Shown here piece after piece: positions 12,152-23,477 of a DNA stretch of 64,000 nt (positions are counted from its first letter, which is position 1; each line of letters starts with the position of its first letter). A program made the translations under genes and the position numbers. Below the pieces are notes generated by a model. The model saw only the letters and a list, made by a program, of their open reading frames with translations, was not told the DNA's origin and ran no database searches. This DNA comes from Eledone cirrhosa (Eukaryota): the NCBI GenBank assembly GCA_964016885.1, contig OZ024742.1, positions 278,070,001 to 278,134,000 of the forward strand. The letters run 5' to 3'.

Positions 12152-15100
12152 TTACAGACACATACTCAGAGAAGGCCCATTCATTCGGGCCATACTTGCT
12201 TCTCTCACCCATCTTTCAACAAAATGCTGGGAAGAGAGCACTTCCCTCTCTACCCTGATTTTCCTTTTCAAATGAAATTTGAAAAAGTTAATCAGGGCAT
12301 CACCGAAGAGGTAAGTGTTCATCTTCAGCCCTTTCAAACGTGTCCACCATACTATCTCTTTCGCCATGGCCACCAGACAGATAAAAACTGCCTGCCCTTC
12401 CAGGCTAAAGGAAGGGGGCGGGGCAATCCTCACGATGGACTCAGCTGATAGCTGGATCCGTCCTACACGTGACAGCAGGTGTTCGACATAAATCCACAAG
12501 TCAGCAATGCTCAGACACTGGACGAGTGCGTGCAGGACGGTTTCGTCGCCCTGCGCGCATCTCGGACATGCCCGGCTGACGGCACCTCCATGCCTGTAGA
12601 GTTTATCCCGAACTGGCAAAGCTCCTCGGTAGCACTGCCAGGCCAGGGATTTCTGGAAGTTGTCCATAGGCCCCGGCCCGAAAGTCCTTCCGAAGAGATT
12701 GGCTAGTTGATTTTCGTCGACGCCTAGAGTTTCTCCAAGTACGTCGTCGCTCTTCCCCTCCACTAATCCCCTATAGAACGCCAAGGTGGAGTTTCCACCG
12801 ATCACATTGCCCGATTGGTTGAGGGCTGTGAGCGCCTGAAGACATTCCAGTCTCCAAGTGCTCCCTCTCGGTCTTCGCTTGACCCAGGACTGCAGCTCCG
12901 TCAAGGAGACGAGCTGGGGAAAAACGTGTCCAGCAAACGGCGACCACACCTGATCACCGTCGAGGAAGAGGTGGAGATGTCGTAGCCTGAGCGCGTGTCT
13001 GCGCATCATCAGCCACGGCATGCCCAGCCCTCCACGTAGCGGGTGTTGACAGCAGATGGACCGCCTGACCATCGGAGCGCGTCCCTTCCACAAGAAACGA
13101 AAGAGCAAACGCTCCAGCGCAGTCAGGCGGGGCTTAGGACAAGGTACGACGGTCAGGCGGTAGTAGATGACGGATGCGATGTACGCATTCGCCACCTCCG
13201 CTCGACCTTTCAGGGATAGCTTCCTCTCGGCCCATTTCTGGGTGAGAGAAGCCACCCTGCTCGTCACCTCGTCCCAGTTTTTGTCCGTCTGGAGGTCTGG
13301 ACCGAACCAGACCCCTAGCAATTTAACCGGTCCGTCCGTCCAGCGCCCGACGACGCTGTTGGACGGCATGGACCTGCCTCTCCAGGTGCCGAGCTGCAGG
13401 CCCACTGACTTTTCCTGGTTGATTATTGCTCCTGTCAACGCTTCGTATTCTCTTAGTGTAGTGCCGATCGCCTCGATGTGTTTGGCGTTCGACACCACTA
13501 CGGTGACATCGTCGGCATATGCTGACATGAATCTTCCGCATCCTAGTTCGCGCGGGACCCCCCTCAACGTCTCCAGTTTGTGCAGTAATGGCTCGAGAGT
13601 CAATACGTACAATAGGGACGAGAGGGGACATCCTTGGCGGACCGTGCGCATGATGCTGAACGGTTTCGAAAGGTGACCGTTCACTCTCACTACAGAGCAG
13701 ATGTCGCTGTGCATGGCAGCGATCCAGCCTCTGAAGACGGGCCCAAAGCCAGCCGCTCTCAGGACTGCCGCTAGGTAACGATGGTCGACCCTATCGAAGG
13801 CTTTCGACTGATCTAAATTGATCAAAGACCCACCCGTGCCAGGTTCCGTAGCTACCCTCTCTACGATGTATCGCATGAGGTGGAGGTTGTCGTGGATGGA
13901 TCTGTCGGGAATGGCGCATGTCTGTGCCTCTCCCACCAGGCCACCAACGACAAGCGCCAACCTCTTTGCTAGCACCTTGGCCAAAATCTTGAACTCTGTG
14001 TTTAGCAGAGTTATGGGCCTAAAATTATCTATGTAATCCCCCTCGTTCGGATCCTTTCTCAGCAGCGCCACCGCTCCTCGGCTCACAGAGCTGGGAATTC
14101 TCCCGTTCTGTTGCCAGTTGCAGTAGACGTCCGCCAAGAGGCCTCCGAACAAGTTTGGCATTTGTACGTAAAGTTCATAGGGCAGACCATCCAAACCAGG
14201 CGATTTACCCCTTGTGCAACTAGACATTGCCTCCCGTACTTCAGCGGTTGTTATCGGCTTTTCGCAACACTCCGCCTCAGTGGCCGAAAGCCGCGGCAGT
14301 CCGTCGAGGTAGACACTAAAGTCCATCCCTCGATCCGGCCCGCCACTGCCCCCGAACAGTTGAGCGAAGTGTCGCTGAAAAGCTTCACACATTTTCCCGG
14401 GATCGAGTAGCATGCGCCCGTCGTGGTCCACCAAAGACCGGATCGTGGCTTTGTTGCCACGACGCGCCTCCGCCACTCGGGCCCATTGAACGGCTTTCGT
14501 CCCCTCGTGTCTGAGAGCACGCACCCTAGCTCTGACAACGCAGCCTTCGTGCTTTGCATTGAAGAATTGGTCAAGGGCCAATTTCGCCGCAAGTACGTCG
14601 GTCGCGATGCCTTTGCTAAGCGCCTCATCTAATTTTCTAACTAGTTCTCCCTCTGCTCTATTTTTCTCTATTGCTAAAGTCTTACTAAACCTAATGGACT
14701 CTATTCTAATCGCTCTTTTCAGAGCAAACCACCACTTGTTGTTGACGATGGCCCCCGTCAACGCCCGCTTAACTAGTTCGCTAATCCGGTCTCTGTAGGC
14801 CTTGCGCGCTGGTAAGGACGCGTTTAGCTTCCAGTAGCCGGGTCCTCGTCTATGAAGCTTATCTAAGTCAAGCACACAGATCACGAATTTGTGGTCCGTG
14901 TAGCTGACTATCTTGAATTGTGGACAGCCTATGCTAGACCTATCTATTTCCCTACAAAATACTCTATCTAGATATGATCTGGATGACCCTATGCGGTTTG
15001 TCCAAGTCCAGATTGGCACATTCGGGAAATCCATTCGGTACCTGTCAGACAGTTGAAACCGTCTGAGCAGGTTGGTGAGACTCTTGCACCCTCCTTCCCT

Positions 15101-15571
15101 ATCCACTAATCCCACACAATCCCAGCGTGCATCTAAGATCCCGTTCCAGTCGCCCACTAACGCTAAAGAGCGGGACGTTCCAAGAAAGGTCTCCAGACGC
15201 CGGAAGAAATCAGGCCGCCCTGCTCTTGTCGGGGCATAGACGGCCACTAACCTGAAAGCTTGCCCGTCTCCGCTGGTTACGTCCAGCACCACCAACTTAC
15301 CTTCTGGGTCCAGGAAGATGGCCCGTATGGCAAGATCCAAACCTCTCCGAAAAAGCACAGCAACTCCTCCTCCCGATCCCGGACGGCTGGGAGATGCGTA
15401 CACATTGTAGCCGCCGAAGATCGGTGCGAAAGCCTGTGCTTCGGAGATTCTGGTCTCGCTGATGGCCACTACATCTATGTTTAGTGACCTGAGGTCGTTG
15501 AGCAGGTGGCCCTGCTTCCATGACGACCCCATGCCACGCGCATTTATGCTGCCTATTCTGAGTGAGGTCAT
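12152..15571 (-). CDS. Tx1/L1 ORF2: APE endonuclease, reverse transcriptase and C-terminal zinc finger, 1139 aa, uninterrupted
   Basis: SINARG, ISETR, VGDWN, WTW, SYLDRVF and SYTDH (APE); KSPGLDG, RPITLLN, DQSKAFDRVDH, VRQGCPLS and YADD (RT); CPRC..ETVLHALVQC. Confidence 0.95.
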   Translation of the reverse strand: MTSLRIGSINARGMGSSWKQGHLLNDLRSLNIDVVAISETRISEAQAFAPIFGGYNVYASPSRPGSGGGVAVLFRRGLDLAIRAIFLDPEGKLVVLDVTSGDGQAFRLVAVYAPTRAGRPDFFRRLETFLGTSRSLALVGDWNGILDARWDCVGLVDREGGCKSLTNLLRRFQLSDRYRMDFPNVPIWTWTNRIGSSRSYLDRVFCREIDRSSIGCPQFKIVSYTDHKFVICVLDLDKLHRRGPGYWKLNASLPARKAYRDRISELVKRALTGAIVNNKWWFALKRAIRIESIRFSKTLAIEKNRAEGELVRKLDEALSKGIATDVLAAKLALDQFFNAKHEGCVVRARVRALRHEGTKAVQWARVAEARRGNKATIRSLVDHDGRMLLDPGKMCEAFQRHFAQLFGGSGGPDRGMDFSVYLDGLPRLSATEAECCEKPITTAEVREAMSSCTRGKSPGLDGLPYELYVQMPNLFGGLLADVYCNWQQNGRIPSSVSRGAVALLRKDPNEGDYIDNFRPITLLNTEFKILAKVLAKRLALVVGGLVGEAQTCAIPDRSIHDNLHLMRYIVERVATEPGTGGSLINLDQSKAFDRVDHRYLAAVLRAAGFGPVFRGWIAAMHSDICSVVRVNGHLSKPFSIMRTVRQGCPLSSLLYVLTLEPLLHKLETLRGVPRELGCGRFMSAYADDVTVVVSNAKHIEAIGTTLREYEALTGAIINQEKSVGLQLGTWRGRSMPSNSVVGRWTDGPVKLLGVWFGPDLQTDKNWDEVTSRVASLTQKWAERKLSLKGRAEVANAYIASVIYYRLTVVPCPKPRLTALERLLFRFLWKGRAPMVRRSICCQHPLRGGLGMPWLMMRRHALRLRHLHLFLDGDQVWSPFAGHVFPQLVSLTELQSWVKRRPRGSTWRLECLQALTALNQSGNVIGGNSTLAFYRGLVEGKSDDVLGETLGVDENQLANLFGRTFGPGPMDNFQKSLAWQCYRGALPVRDKLYRHGGAVSRACPRCAQGDETVLHALVQCLSIADLWIYVEHLLSRVGRIQLSAESIVRIAPPPSFSLEGQAVFICLVAMAKEIVWWTRLKGLKMNTYLFGDALINFFKFHLKRKIRVEREVLSSQHFVERWVREASMARMNGPSLSMCL

Positions 15572-15605
15572 GTTGAAAAGGAGTGGAAAAGATGGGAAAG
15601 ACCAC

Positions 15606-17438
15606 TTACCTTACTTCTCGTAGGGGAAGGACGGTTTTTCCATCCTTTTCACTGCTTGTGGCCTCCTCAGGAAGGATGTCCTTATAAATCCTCCTGGAGA
15701 GTGCTTGTCGGAAGTCTCCGATGTCTTTGGGGAATTTTTTTTTTAGTGTCATGTACGTTTTCTGTGTGATGCGAGTGATTTGTATGTGTGGAGGTGGTGT
15801 GAACTTTTGGGTTGTTGTGTAGTCTTTTTCTGTGATGCTGGTGTTGTGTTGGATGTAGTGTAATAATTGCTTGTTGTTCAAATTTAATGCTGTGTAGTGT
15901 GTATCGTTTTGGTTGTTTTGTTTTGTTTGCGTTTGTTGTGGGTTTGTTTCTGTTTCGCATTTTGGTGACTTTTGTGGTGTAGGTGATGGTGGTGTTGGGG
16001 TTAATGATGGTGATGGTGTTGGTGTTTGGGTTGATGGGGTTGGTGATGCTGGTGTGGATGGTGGCATATCTGTCCTAACTTTTTTGTTTCTTAATTTATT
16101 TGTTTCCCTCTGTATTTTGTTTTTGGAGGGGGAAGGAAGAGAATTTTTTTCTTTTTTGGTTTCTTTTTTTTTTCCGGATATCGTTTCCCACTCCTCGTCG
16201 TCACAATCTGTCTCCAGTTGTGATAGGCCGGGGAGTGGAAAATCCTCCACAGGCGTTAGTTTTGGTTGTGGCGTGGTGGATGGTGTAGGCGCTGGTGCTA
16301 GTTCTGAAGCGTTGGGTGGTGGTGGTGTTGGTTTTGCTGGTGGTGGTGGTGGTGTTGGTTTTGCTACTGTTGCTGGGGTTGTTGCTGTTATAGTTGCTTC
16401 TGTTGTTGCTGCTACAGTTGTTGCTGCCATCTCTGCTACTGGTGGTGTTGATGGCGGTGTCACTGGGGTGGGTAGGAGAGGTGGCCTCAACCTTTTAGCC
16501 TGAGGGCAGAAAGCCCTTAGGTGGGTTCCTTCACCACAAACGACACACCTAGGTCTTCTGCCCTCGACAATTACCGTGAGGTGGCTGCCGTCAGTGAGGT
16601 CTATTACCTCTGGGATCTCCTCAATGCTTTTTTGGTCCGCTTGGATCAGGAGCTCCATCCCAGATCCGGACCAGTTCTCCTGCTTTTCTTTTGCTATTGC
16701 TATTATTTTTGTGTTGGCTTCGATGCCGGCGAGGACGGCCGCTATTAGCCAGGGAATTTCGATGGCCGGTGGAACGTGGGTCACCCTGATCTTTACGAGT
16801 CTCTGGCCACAATAGCTTGGGACGAGTGTGAAGTCGTCACTTCTTAATAGGGCCATGGAGTGTTCTCTAGCCTCCTCTGGTGTTTCATAGAACACGTCCA
16901 CGGTTCCATACTTTTGCCCACGTCTGATGTGGGTTTTTCTTGCCCACACATGTCCCAAAGCTTTTTGGATTTGGGACTCGGATGCCCGTTCCACTCGGCG
17001 CGATTTTACATTTATTGTTCGATACGACACGGTGCATAGGCGCCGATGCTCCATTTTATTAGGTGGGGGGTGGGGGGTGAGGCTGACCCTGTACCCATCT
17101 TTCTTTACCATTTGTTTGGCATTTTCTAAATCCTCCCGAGTTACCGTAAATGCTTCGAACTGTTTTGCTACTCTGGCAAAACTGAGGGTGGTTTTTATAA
17201 TGTCATTGTTGTTGTTGTTGCTATCGTTATTTGTGTTAATATTAATTTTAGTTTCAGTTGTGGTGGTGGTGACGTCAGTCGTCTTTGGTGGGGAAGAGTC
17301 CATTTTGCTTGATTTCATTTCGACATCACGAGTTAATTTATTTTTTTCTTCTTTTGTTTCTGTTTTCGCGGTGGTGGTGGTGGTGGTGGTGGTTGTCGCG
17401 GTGGTGGTGGTGGTGGAGGCTTTAACACCTGCAGTCAT
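15606..17438 (-). CDS. Tx1/L1 ORF1 (gag-like, CCHC knuckle, Pro/Thr-rich)
   Basis: Open frame 15606-17474; first ATG at 17438; CVVCGEGTHLRAFC knuckle; ends 34 nt before ORF2. The true start is uncertain. Confidence 0.85.
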   Translation of the reverse strand: MTAGVKASTTTTTATTTTTTTTTAKTETKEEKNKLTRDVEMKSSKMDSSPPKTTDVTTTTTETKININTNNDSNNNNNDIIKTTLSFARVAKQFEAFTVTREDLENAKQMVKKDGYRVSLTPHPPPNKMEHRRLCTVSYRTINVKSRRVERASESQIQKALGHVWARKTHIRRGQKYGTVDVFYETPEEAREHSMALLRSDDFTLVPSYCGQRLVKIRVTHVPPAIEIPWLIAAVLAGIEANTKIIAIAKEKQENWSGSGMELLIQADQKSIEEIPEVIDLTDGSHLTVIVEGRRPRCVVCGEGTHLRAFCPQAKRLRPPLLPTPVTPPSTPPVAEMAATTVAATTEATITATTPATVAKPTPPPPPAKPTPPPPNASELAPAPTPSTTPQPKLTPVEDFPLPGLSQLETDCDDEEWETISGKKKETKKEKNSLPSPSKNKIQRETNKLRNKKVRTDMPPSTPASPTPSTQTPTPSPSLTPTPPSPTPQKSPKCETETNPQQTQTKQNNQNDTHYTALNLNNKQLLHYIQHNTSITEKDYTTTQKFTPPPHIQITRITQKTYMTLKKKFPKDIGDFRQALSRRIYKDILPEEATSSEKDGKTVLPLREVR

Positions 17439-17823
17439 TGGTAATGGCGGGAAATGAATGTCTGCCTGAGACAATTTAAAATATTGCTAGTGCTTATATT
17501 TTTTGTAGTGTTGGCAAACGTAGTAACATTTACAATGGTGGTGTCGGTGTGAGGTGTTAATTTGTGAGGAAGGCTTTCAGCTGCTTGGTGCAGAGGTGAA
17601 TTAGCCATTTCTTTTCAAAGAAATTTTTTGATAATAATAAAAGTTTAAATTTTGGGCATAAGGCCCCAATCTTTTTGGGCGTCCTTTTCGGAAAACAATG
17701 TATGTGCGCTTATATATGGTTAACAATAAAAATTTTCCATAAATGGCAATTTTTAACAAACGGAAATAACAAACCTTTGCGGAGCTCACGATGATACGAT
17801 TTACTACGTAGGTCGCCAATAAC

Positions 17824-17903
<80 letters not shown>

Positions 17904-18068
17904 GGGAAGAAGACGCACGAGGTGACGGAGGTCATGAAATCGCTCCCGTAAGTTTTGAATTTTTAACATATTTAAATCATTTGTGAAATAACAACTCTTA
18001 GTACAAATGCTACGTAAAGCACCCGGCTTGAGCCCCAAAAAATTCGGACCCAAAATATATTGTTATAA

Positions 18069-19381
18069 GGCTCAAATATTCAAATATTCAACTTTGTATT
18101 GTACACTGTATATCCAAAAAAAAAATGGCTATAAATGGAAGAAGAATAACCCCCCCCTCCTCTCCTCTGGCTACACTATATAGGACAGCTAAACTCACCA
18201 ACACCAGAAACTAGATACACCGCCCACCCCATCATCTGTGTACACTAAACACAACAGCATTTTCACCTTCACCGCCACCGCTCACTACGGCCATCATTAA
18301 CACCACTATCCCATCACCGCCGCCACCACCCATTGACTCCTTCACTGCTGCTGCCACCGCTACAGCACCATCACTACAGTAATACGGCTCAAATATTCAA
18401 ATATTCAACTTTGTATTGTACACTGTATATCCAAAAAAAAAAAAAAAAAATGGCTATAAATGGAAGAAGAAGAACCCCCCCCTCCTCTCCTCTGGCTACA
18501 CTATATAGGACAGCGAAACTCACCAACACCAGAAACTAGATACACCACCCACCCCATCATCTGTGTACACTAAACACAACAGCATTTTCACCTTCACCGC
18601 CACCGCTCACTACGGCCATCATTACCACCACTATCCCATCACCGCCGCCACCACCCCTTGACTCCTTCACTGCTGCTGCCACCGCTACAGCACCATCACT
18701 ACAGTAATACGGCTCAAATATTCAAATATTCAACTTTGTATTGTACACTGTATATCCAAAAAAAAAAAAAAAAAAAAAATAAAATGGCTATAAATGGAAG
18801 AAGAAGAACCCCCCCCTCCTCTCCTCTGGCTACACTATATAGGACAGCGAAACTCACCAACACCAGAAACTAGATACACCACCCACCCCATCATCTGTGT
18901 ACACTAAACACAACAGCATTTTCACCTTCACCGCCACCGCTCACTACGGCCATCATTACCACCACTATCCCATCACCGCCGCCACCACCCCTTGACTCCT
19001 TCACTGCTGCTGCCACCGCTACAGCACCATCACTACAGTAATACGGCTCAAATATTCAAATATTCAACTTTGTATTGTACACTGTATATCCAAAAAAAAA
19101 AAAAAAATAAAATAAAATGGCTATAAATGGAAGAAGAAGAACCCCCCCCCCTCCTCTCCTCTGGCTACACTATATAGGACAGCGAAACTCACCAACACCA
19201 GAAACTAGATACACCACCCACCCCATCATCTCTGTACACTAAACACAACAGCATTTTCACCTTCACCGCCACCGCTCACTACGGCCATCATTACCACCAC
19301 TATCCCATCACCGCCGCCACCACCCCCTGACTCCTTCACTGCTGCTGCCACCGCTACAGCACCATCACTACAGTAATACGG
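18069..19381 (+). repeat. Tandem array of four near-identical ~317-335-bp units
   Basis: Units start at 18069, 18386, 18711 and 19045 (ggctcaaatattcaaatattc); they differ mainly in A-tract length; each has ATGGCTATAAATGG and CAC-rich tracts. Confidence 0.95.
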
Positions 19382-19920
19382 TCGCATCACCGCCACCACT
19401 GCCTCGGTATCGACATCACCGCCACCACTGTCTCAGTATCGCCAACGCCGCTAGTCTCTGCTGGCTACCACCTCCACATTATAGAATTCCTACTACCAAC
19501 AAAGAGGAAGGCATCAAAATATATAGATAGACTCAAAAGAAAAAAGAAAAAACAAACAACAAAAGCAGCACAGCAACAACAGTAAAAAACGAGAAAAACA
19601 GAGAAAAACAAAAACAAAAAAAGAAACCCCAAAAACGTAAAGAAAATAAGAATGAAGAGAGAAGCAGGCGGACGGACAGAGAAGAGGGGGGAAAAAGTAA
19701 AACTTAAAAAACAAAAACTAAGTCAGACATTCGAATACTACATTACAATGAAACTTATGCTTATTCATTTTTGGGGCCCTTTCTGCCCGTGTGTTTGTTT
19801 GTTTATGTGTGTTTGTTTGTTTATGTGTGGCCGTATACAGCGTGGTGATAATGCCACACAAGGGCCAAGTGGGATGGCGGATCCACAGATGGCTATGTAA
19901 ACATACATTCGCCAATCCTC

Positions 19921-22900
19921 GATAAGAGTGTTTAAATATCGAACATAAACAGTTCGAATAACGGTGAAATGGAGACTAGAACGTCATGTGACAGACTCTC
20001 ACCCAACAGGTGCCCCCTGGCTCAGCAGCAGGAACCTGACTGTCAACGAAATACTGCTGATGTTGGAGGAAGAAGAAGAAGGAAAGGGGTCAGAACCAAC
20101 TGGACGAAAGAATTGAATAGAACTGTTATGCAATGCTACCTGAAAAGTAACCCCAAGGAGAGGGGCTACAGGAGACGGATGCATAACATCTGGAACGAGA
20201 TTGGTTTATTTAAATTAGATGAACAAAAATTGGCCGGGCAGGCTCGGGTAATAAGAACTAATGGGTGGATAAGCGAGCTGGAACTGGAGGAACTGAGCAG
20301 AGAGAATGGCTTGGAGATGGCGGGTGTAGTATGCCAGACAAGCGAGCCGGCGGGAAATGAAGGTGAGGAGGTCCTGAGAGCGGAGGAACCACCCGAAGCA
20401 GACAATGATTTGAATACTGAGATAAATAATACCTGGAACAGAGATACGGCCACTGAGGAGATGAATGCTGACGGGCTAGGACAAGATTCGGTTGACATCC
20501 TAAATTTAGTGGTAGATGAGTTGAACAATGATAGTGGGAGACCTATGAACCTAAGATTTGTAGACAGGAAAAAGTTAAAAGAAACAACAGCTAAGGTAAA
20601 CAAAGTCATCCCATACCTTGAGGCGAGGAGTCTTCACCAGTGCAACAATATCCTCAAAGCAACAGCAAATACGGTGAGGAAACTACTTGGTATAAAAGCG
20701 AGAGGAAACAACAGACAAGAAAGAGCAGAGCCGTGGTGGAAGAAGCGACTGAGTGGGCAAATCGGGGAAATGAGAAATGACATAGGAAAGCTTGAGTCAC
20801 TACTGAATGGGACACTAAAAACATACGCACTAAAAATAGACTGGAAATAAAATACAAAACTAGGAGTAAAAAGCTAAATATTATCATAGAGGAATTGAAG
20901 CAACGCATTGTAGCAAAGAGTGCCAAAATCAGGCGATACGAGAACAGAGTCAGTCAGTATAAACAGAACCGCATGTTCGACAACAACCAGAAGATGCTGT
21001 TTGGACAGCTTGAGGGGAAAGAAAGAGGCACCGACTTGATCCCTGGGGCGGAACAAGCTAAAACATTCTGGAGAGGAATATGGGAGCAGGATGTTAGACA
21101 CAATGCCCAGGCAGGGTGGATTGAGACAGTACAGAGGGAGATCGGTGAGCAGGCACAGCAACAGACTGATTTGAGTATCACAGTTGAAACTCTTAAGGGG
21201 CAAGCCAAAAAACTAACCAACTGGAAATCACCAGGCCCAGATGGTGTGCAGGGGTATTGGATTAAACATTTAACATCCCTCCACCCGAAGCTGACGGCCA
21301 TGTTCAATGACTGCTTGGTGTCGGGTGAGGTGCCAGAGTGGTTGACAAAAGGTACCACAGTTCTGATAATGAAAGACCGAATCAAGGGTAATGATGTTAC
21401 CAACTATAGACCTATCACATGTCTGCCCGTAATGTGGAAACTGTTGACGAGCATTGTGTCTGAGGAAATCTACCATCACCTCCACACAAACAACTTGTTG
21501 CCGGACGAACAGAAAGGATGCCGAAAGAAGTCACGTGGTACAAAGGACCAGTTGCTTATTGATAAGATGGTAATGGGGAATTGCAGGAGGAGACACACTG
21601 ATCTTGCCATGGGATGGATAGACTACAGAAAGGCATTTGACATGGTGCCTCATTCCTGGATCACCAAAAGCCTGGAGATCTTCAGGGTGGCAGATAACAT
21701 CAGACAGTTGCTGGGCAGGAGTATGGGGTCCTGGGAGACAGAGTTGACATCAACTGGAGTATCCTTGGGAAGCGTGAAGATCAAGAGAGGTATCTTCCAG
21801 GGAGATAGCCTGTCCCCTCTGTTGTTTGTCCTTGCCCTGATGCCCTTGACCATTATGCTGCGAAAAGTGAGAGCAGGATACAAGTTGGGAAGGGGAGAGC
21901 TTACCATCAATCACCTCCTCTTCATGGACGATCTTAAGCTCTTCGGGAAAAGTGAGAAGGAGTTGGATGTGCTTGTTGACACTGTCCGTATTTTCAGCAG
22001 TGATATATGTATGCAGTTTGGTATTGGTAAATGTGGAGTCATTGTGATGAGGAGGGGTAGGTTGAGCAGAAGTAACGGGATCCAGATACCAACAGGTGAG
22101 ATGATAAAGGAAATTGACTCTGAGGAAGGATACAAGTATTTGGGCGTTCTGGAGGCTGATGGCATAAAGAACAAAAAAATGAAGGAATTGTTAAGAACTG
22201 AATACATTCGGAGAGTAAGGAGCGTATTGAAGTCACATCTGAACAGCAGAAATGCCATAAGCGCAGTAAATTCCCGAGCTGTGTCTATTATTAGGTACAG
22301 TGCGGGAATTCTGAGATGGAATGTTGCTGAACAAAAAGAAATGGATAGGAAGACTAGGAAGCTATTGACTATCTACAACATGTTCCACAAGAGGAGTGAT
22401 GTCGATAGACTCTACCTAAGGAGATCTGAGGGTGGAAGAGGTCTTATCAGCATAGAGGACTGTGTTCAGATGGAGAAAAACAACCTATACAAATACGTGA
22501 CCTATAGTAAGGAGCCAATGCTCAGAGCTGTACTGAAGGTGGGGACAGTAGGCCAGGGGATATCCATGGAGGAAATAACATCAAGGAGGAAGAGCAGCCT
22601 TAAGGGAAAATCCCTTCATAGTACCTTCTTTGAGAAAACTGAATTTAGAGATCCACAGACATGGAACTGGTTGAGAAGAGGAGACCTCAAAAAGGCTACA
22701 GAAGGAATGCTAATGGCTGCGCAGGAGCAGGCCCTCAAAACGAAGTGGTTGAAGCACCATATCTACAAGGAGGAGGCTAGCCCACTGTGCAGGATCTGTG
22801 GAGAGAGAGAGGAGACTGTGGCTCACATTGTGTCCGAGTGTAAACACCTAGCCCAGACCCACTATAAGGGCTGGAGACACGATGTGATGGGCAGGGTGAT

Positions 22901-23434
22901 CCACTGACACCTGTGCAAAGTAAACAATCTACCACATTCTGAGAAATGGTATGAGCATAGGCCAGAGGCGGTGATGGAGAACGATCAGGTGAAGGTGCTG
23001 TGGGATTTTAGGATACAGACGGACAAAAAACTGGAACACAATAGACCTGACCTGGTGGTTGTGGACAAAGAAAAAAGATCGTGCCTGATTGTGGATGTGG
23101 CCTGCCCGTTCGACACGAGAGTGCAAGAGAAGGAGAGGGAGAAAATTGACCGATACCAGGACCTAAAGTGGGAGGTGAAAAGGATTTGGAACTGCCATGA
23201 AGTCAAAGTGATCCCGATTGTCATAGGCGCACTGGGGACTATCTCCAAAGGTTTCCAGGGATGGTTAAAGAAAATCGGCCCCTTCACGCTTTTTGGAACG
23301 CTTCAAAAGGCATGCTTGCTTGGAACGGCAAGAACCCTCCGATACGTCCTGAATATCTGAGGCTGCAGGTAGTGGCTTGATATTCAATCCAACGGACTTT
23401 CCAGTTAACCAACACCAATGACTGAGATTCAAGG
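19921..23434 (+). mobile_element. R4/Dong-clade RLE LINE, copy A (full coding length; frameshift at ~20820, premature TGA at 22905)
   Basis: N-terminal WTKELN..CY..GYRRRM region; RT with KSPGPDG, GIFQGDSLSP and FMDD; CRIC..HIVSEC knuckle; RHD; NRPDLVV..DVACP endonuclease; (AAT)n tail. Confidence 0.92.
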
Positions 23435-23477
23435 AATAACAATAACAATAATAATAATAATAATAATAATAATAATT

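Larger units (their letters stand above)
11917..17817 (-). mobile_element. Full-length Tx1-group (L1 clade) non-LTR retrotransposon inserted in (AAT)n
   Basis: Two non-overlapping ORFs; 3' UTR ends in AATAAAGAAAA; (AAT)n on both sides (11859-11916 and 17818-17903). Confidence 0.9.

Noticed and set aside
18069-19381. CRISPR-like array
   Set aside because: Whole units are near-identical with no unique spacers, and the context is eukaryotic.
19828-20045. HDV-like ribozyme at the Dong 5' end
   Set aside because: Could not assemble the P1-P3/P1.1 double pseudoknot by eye; needs a motif search.
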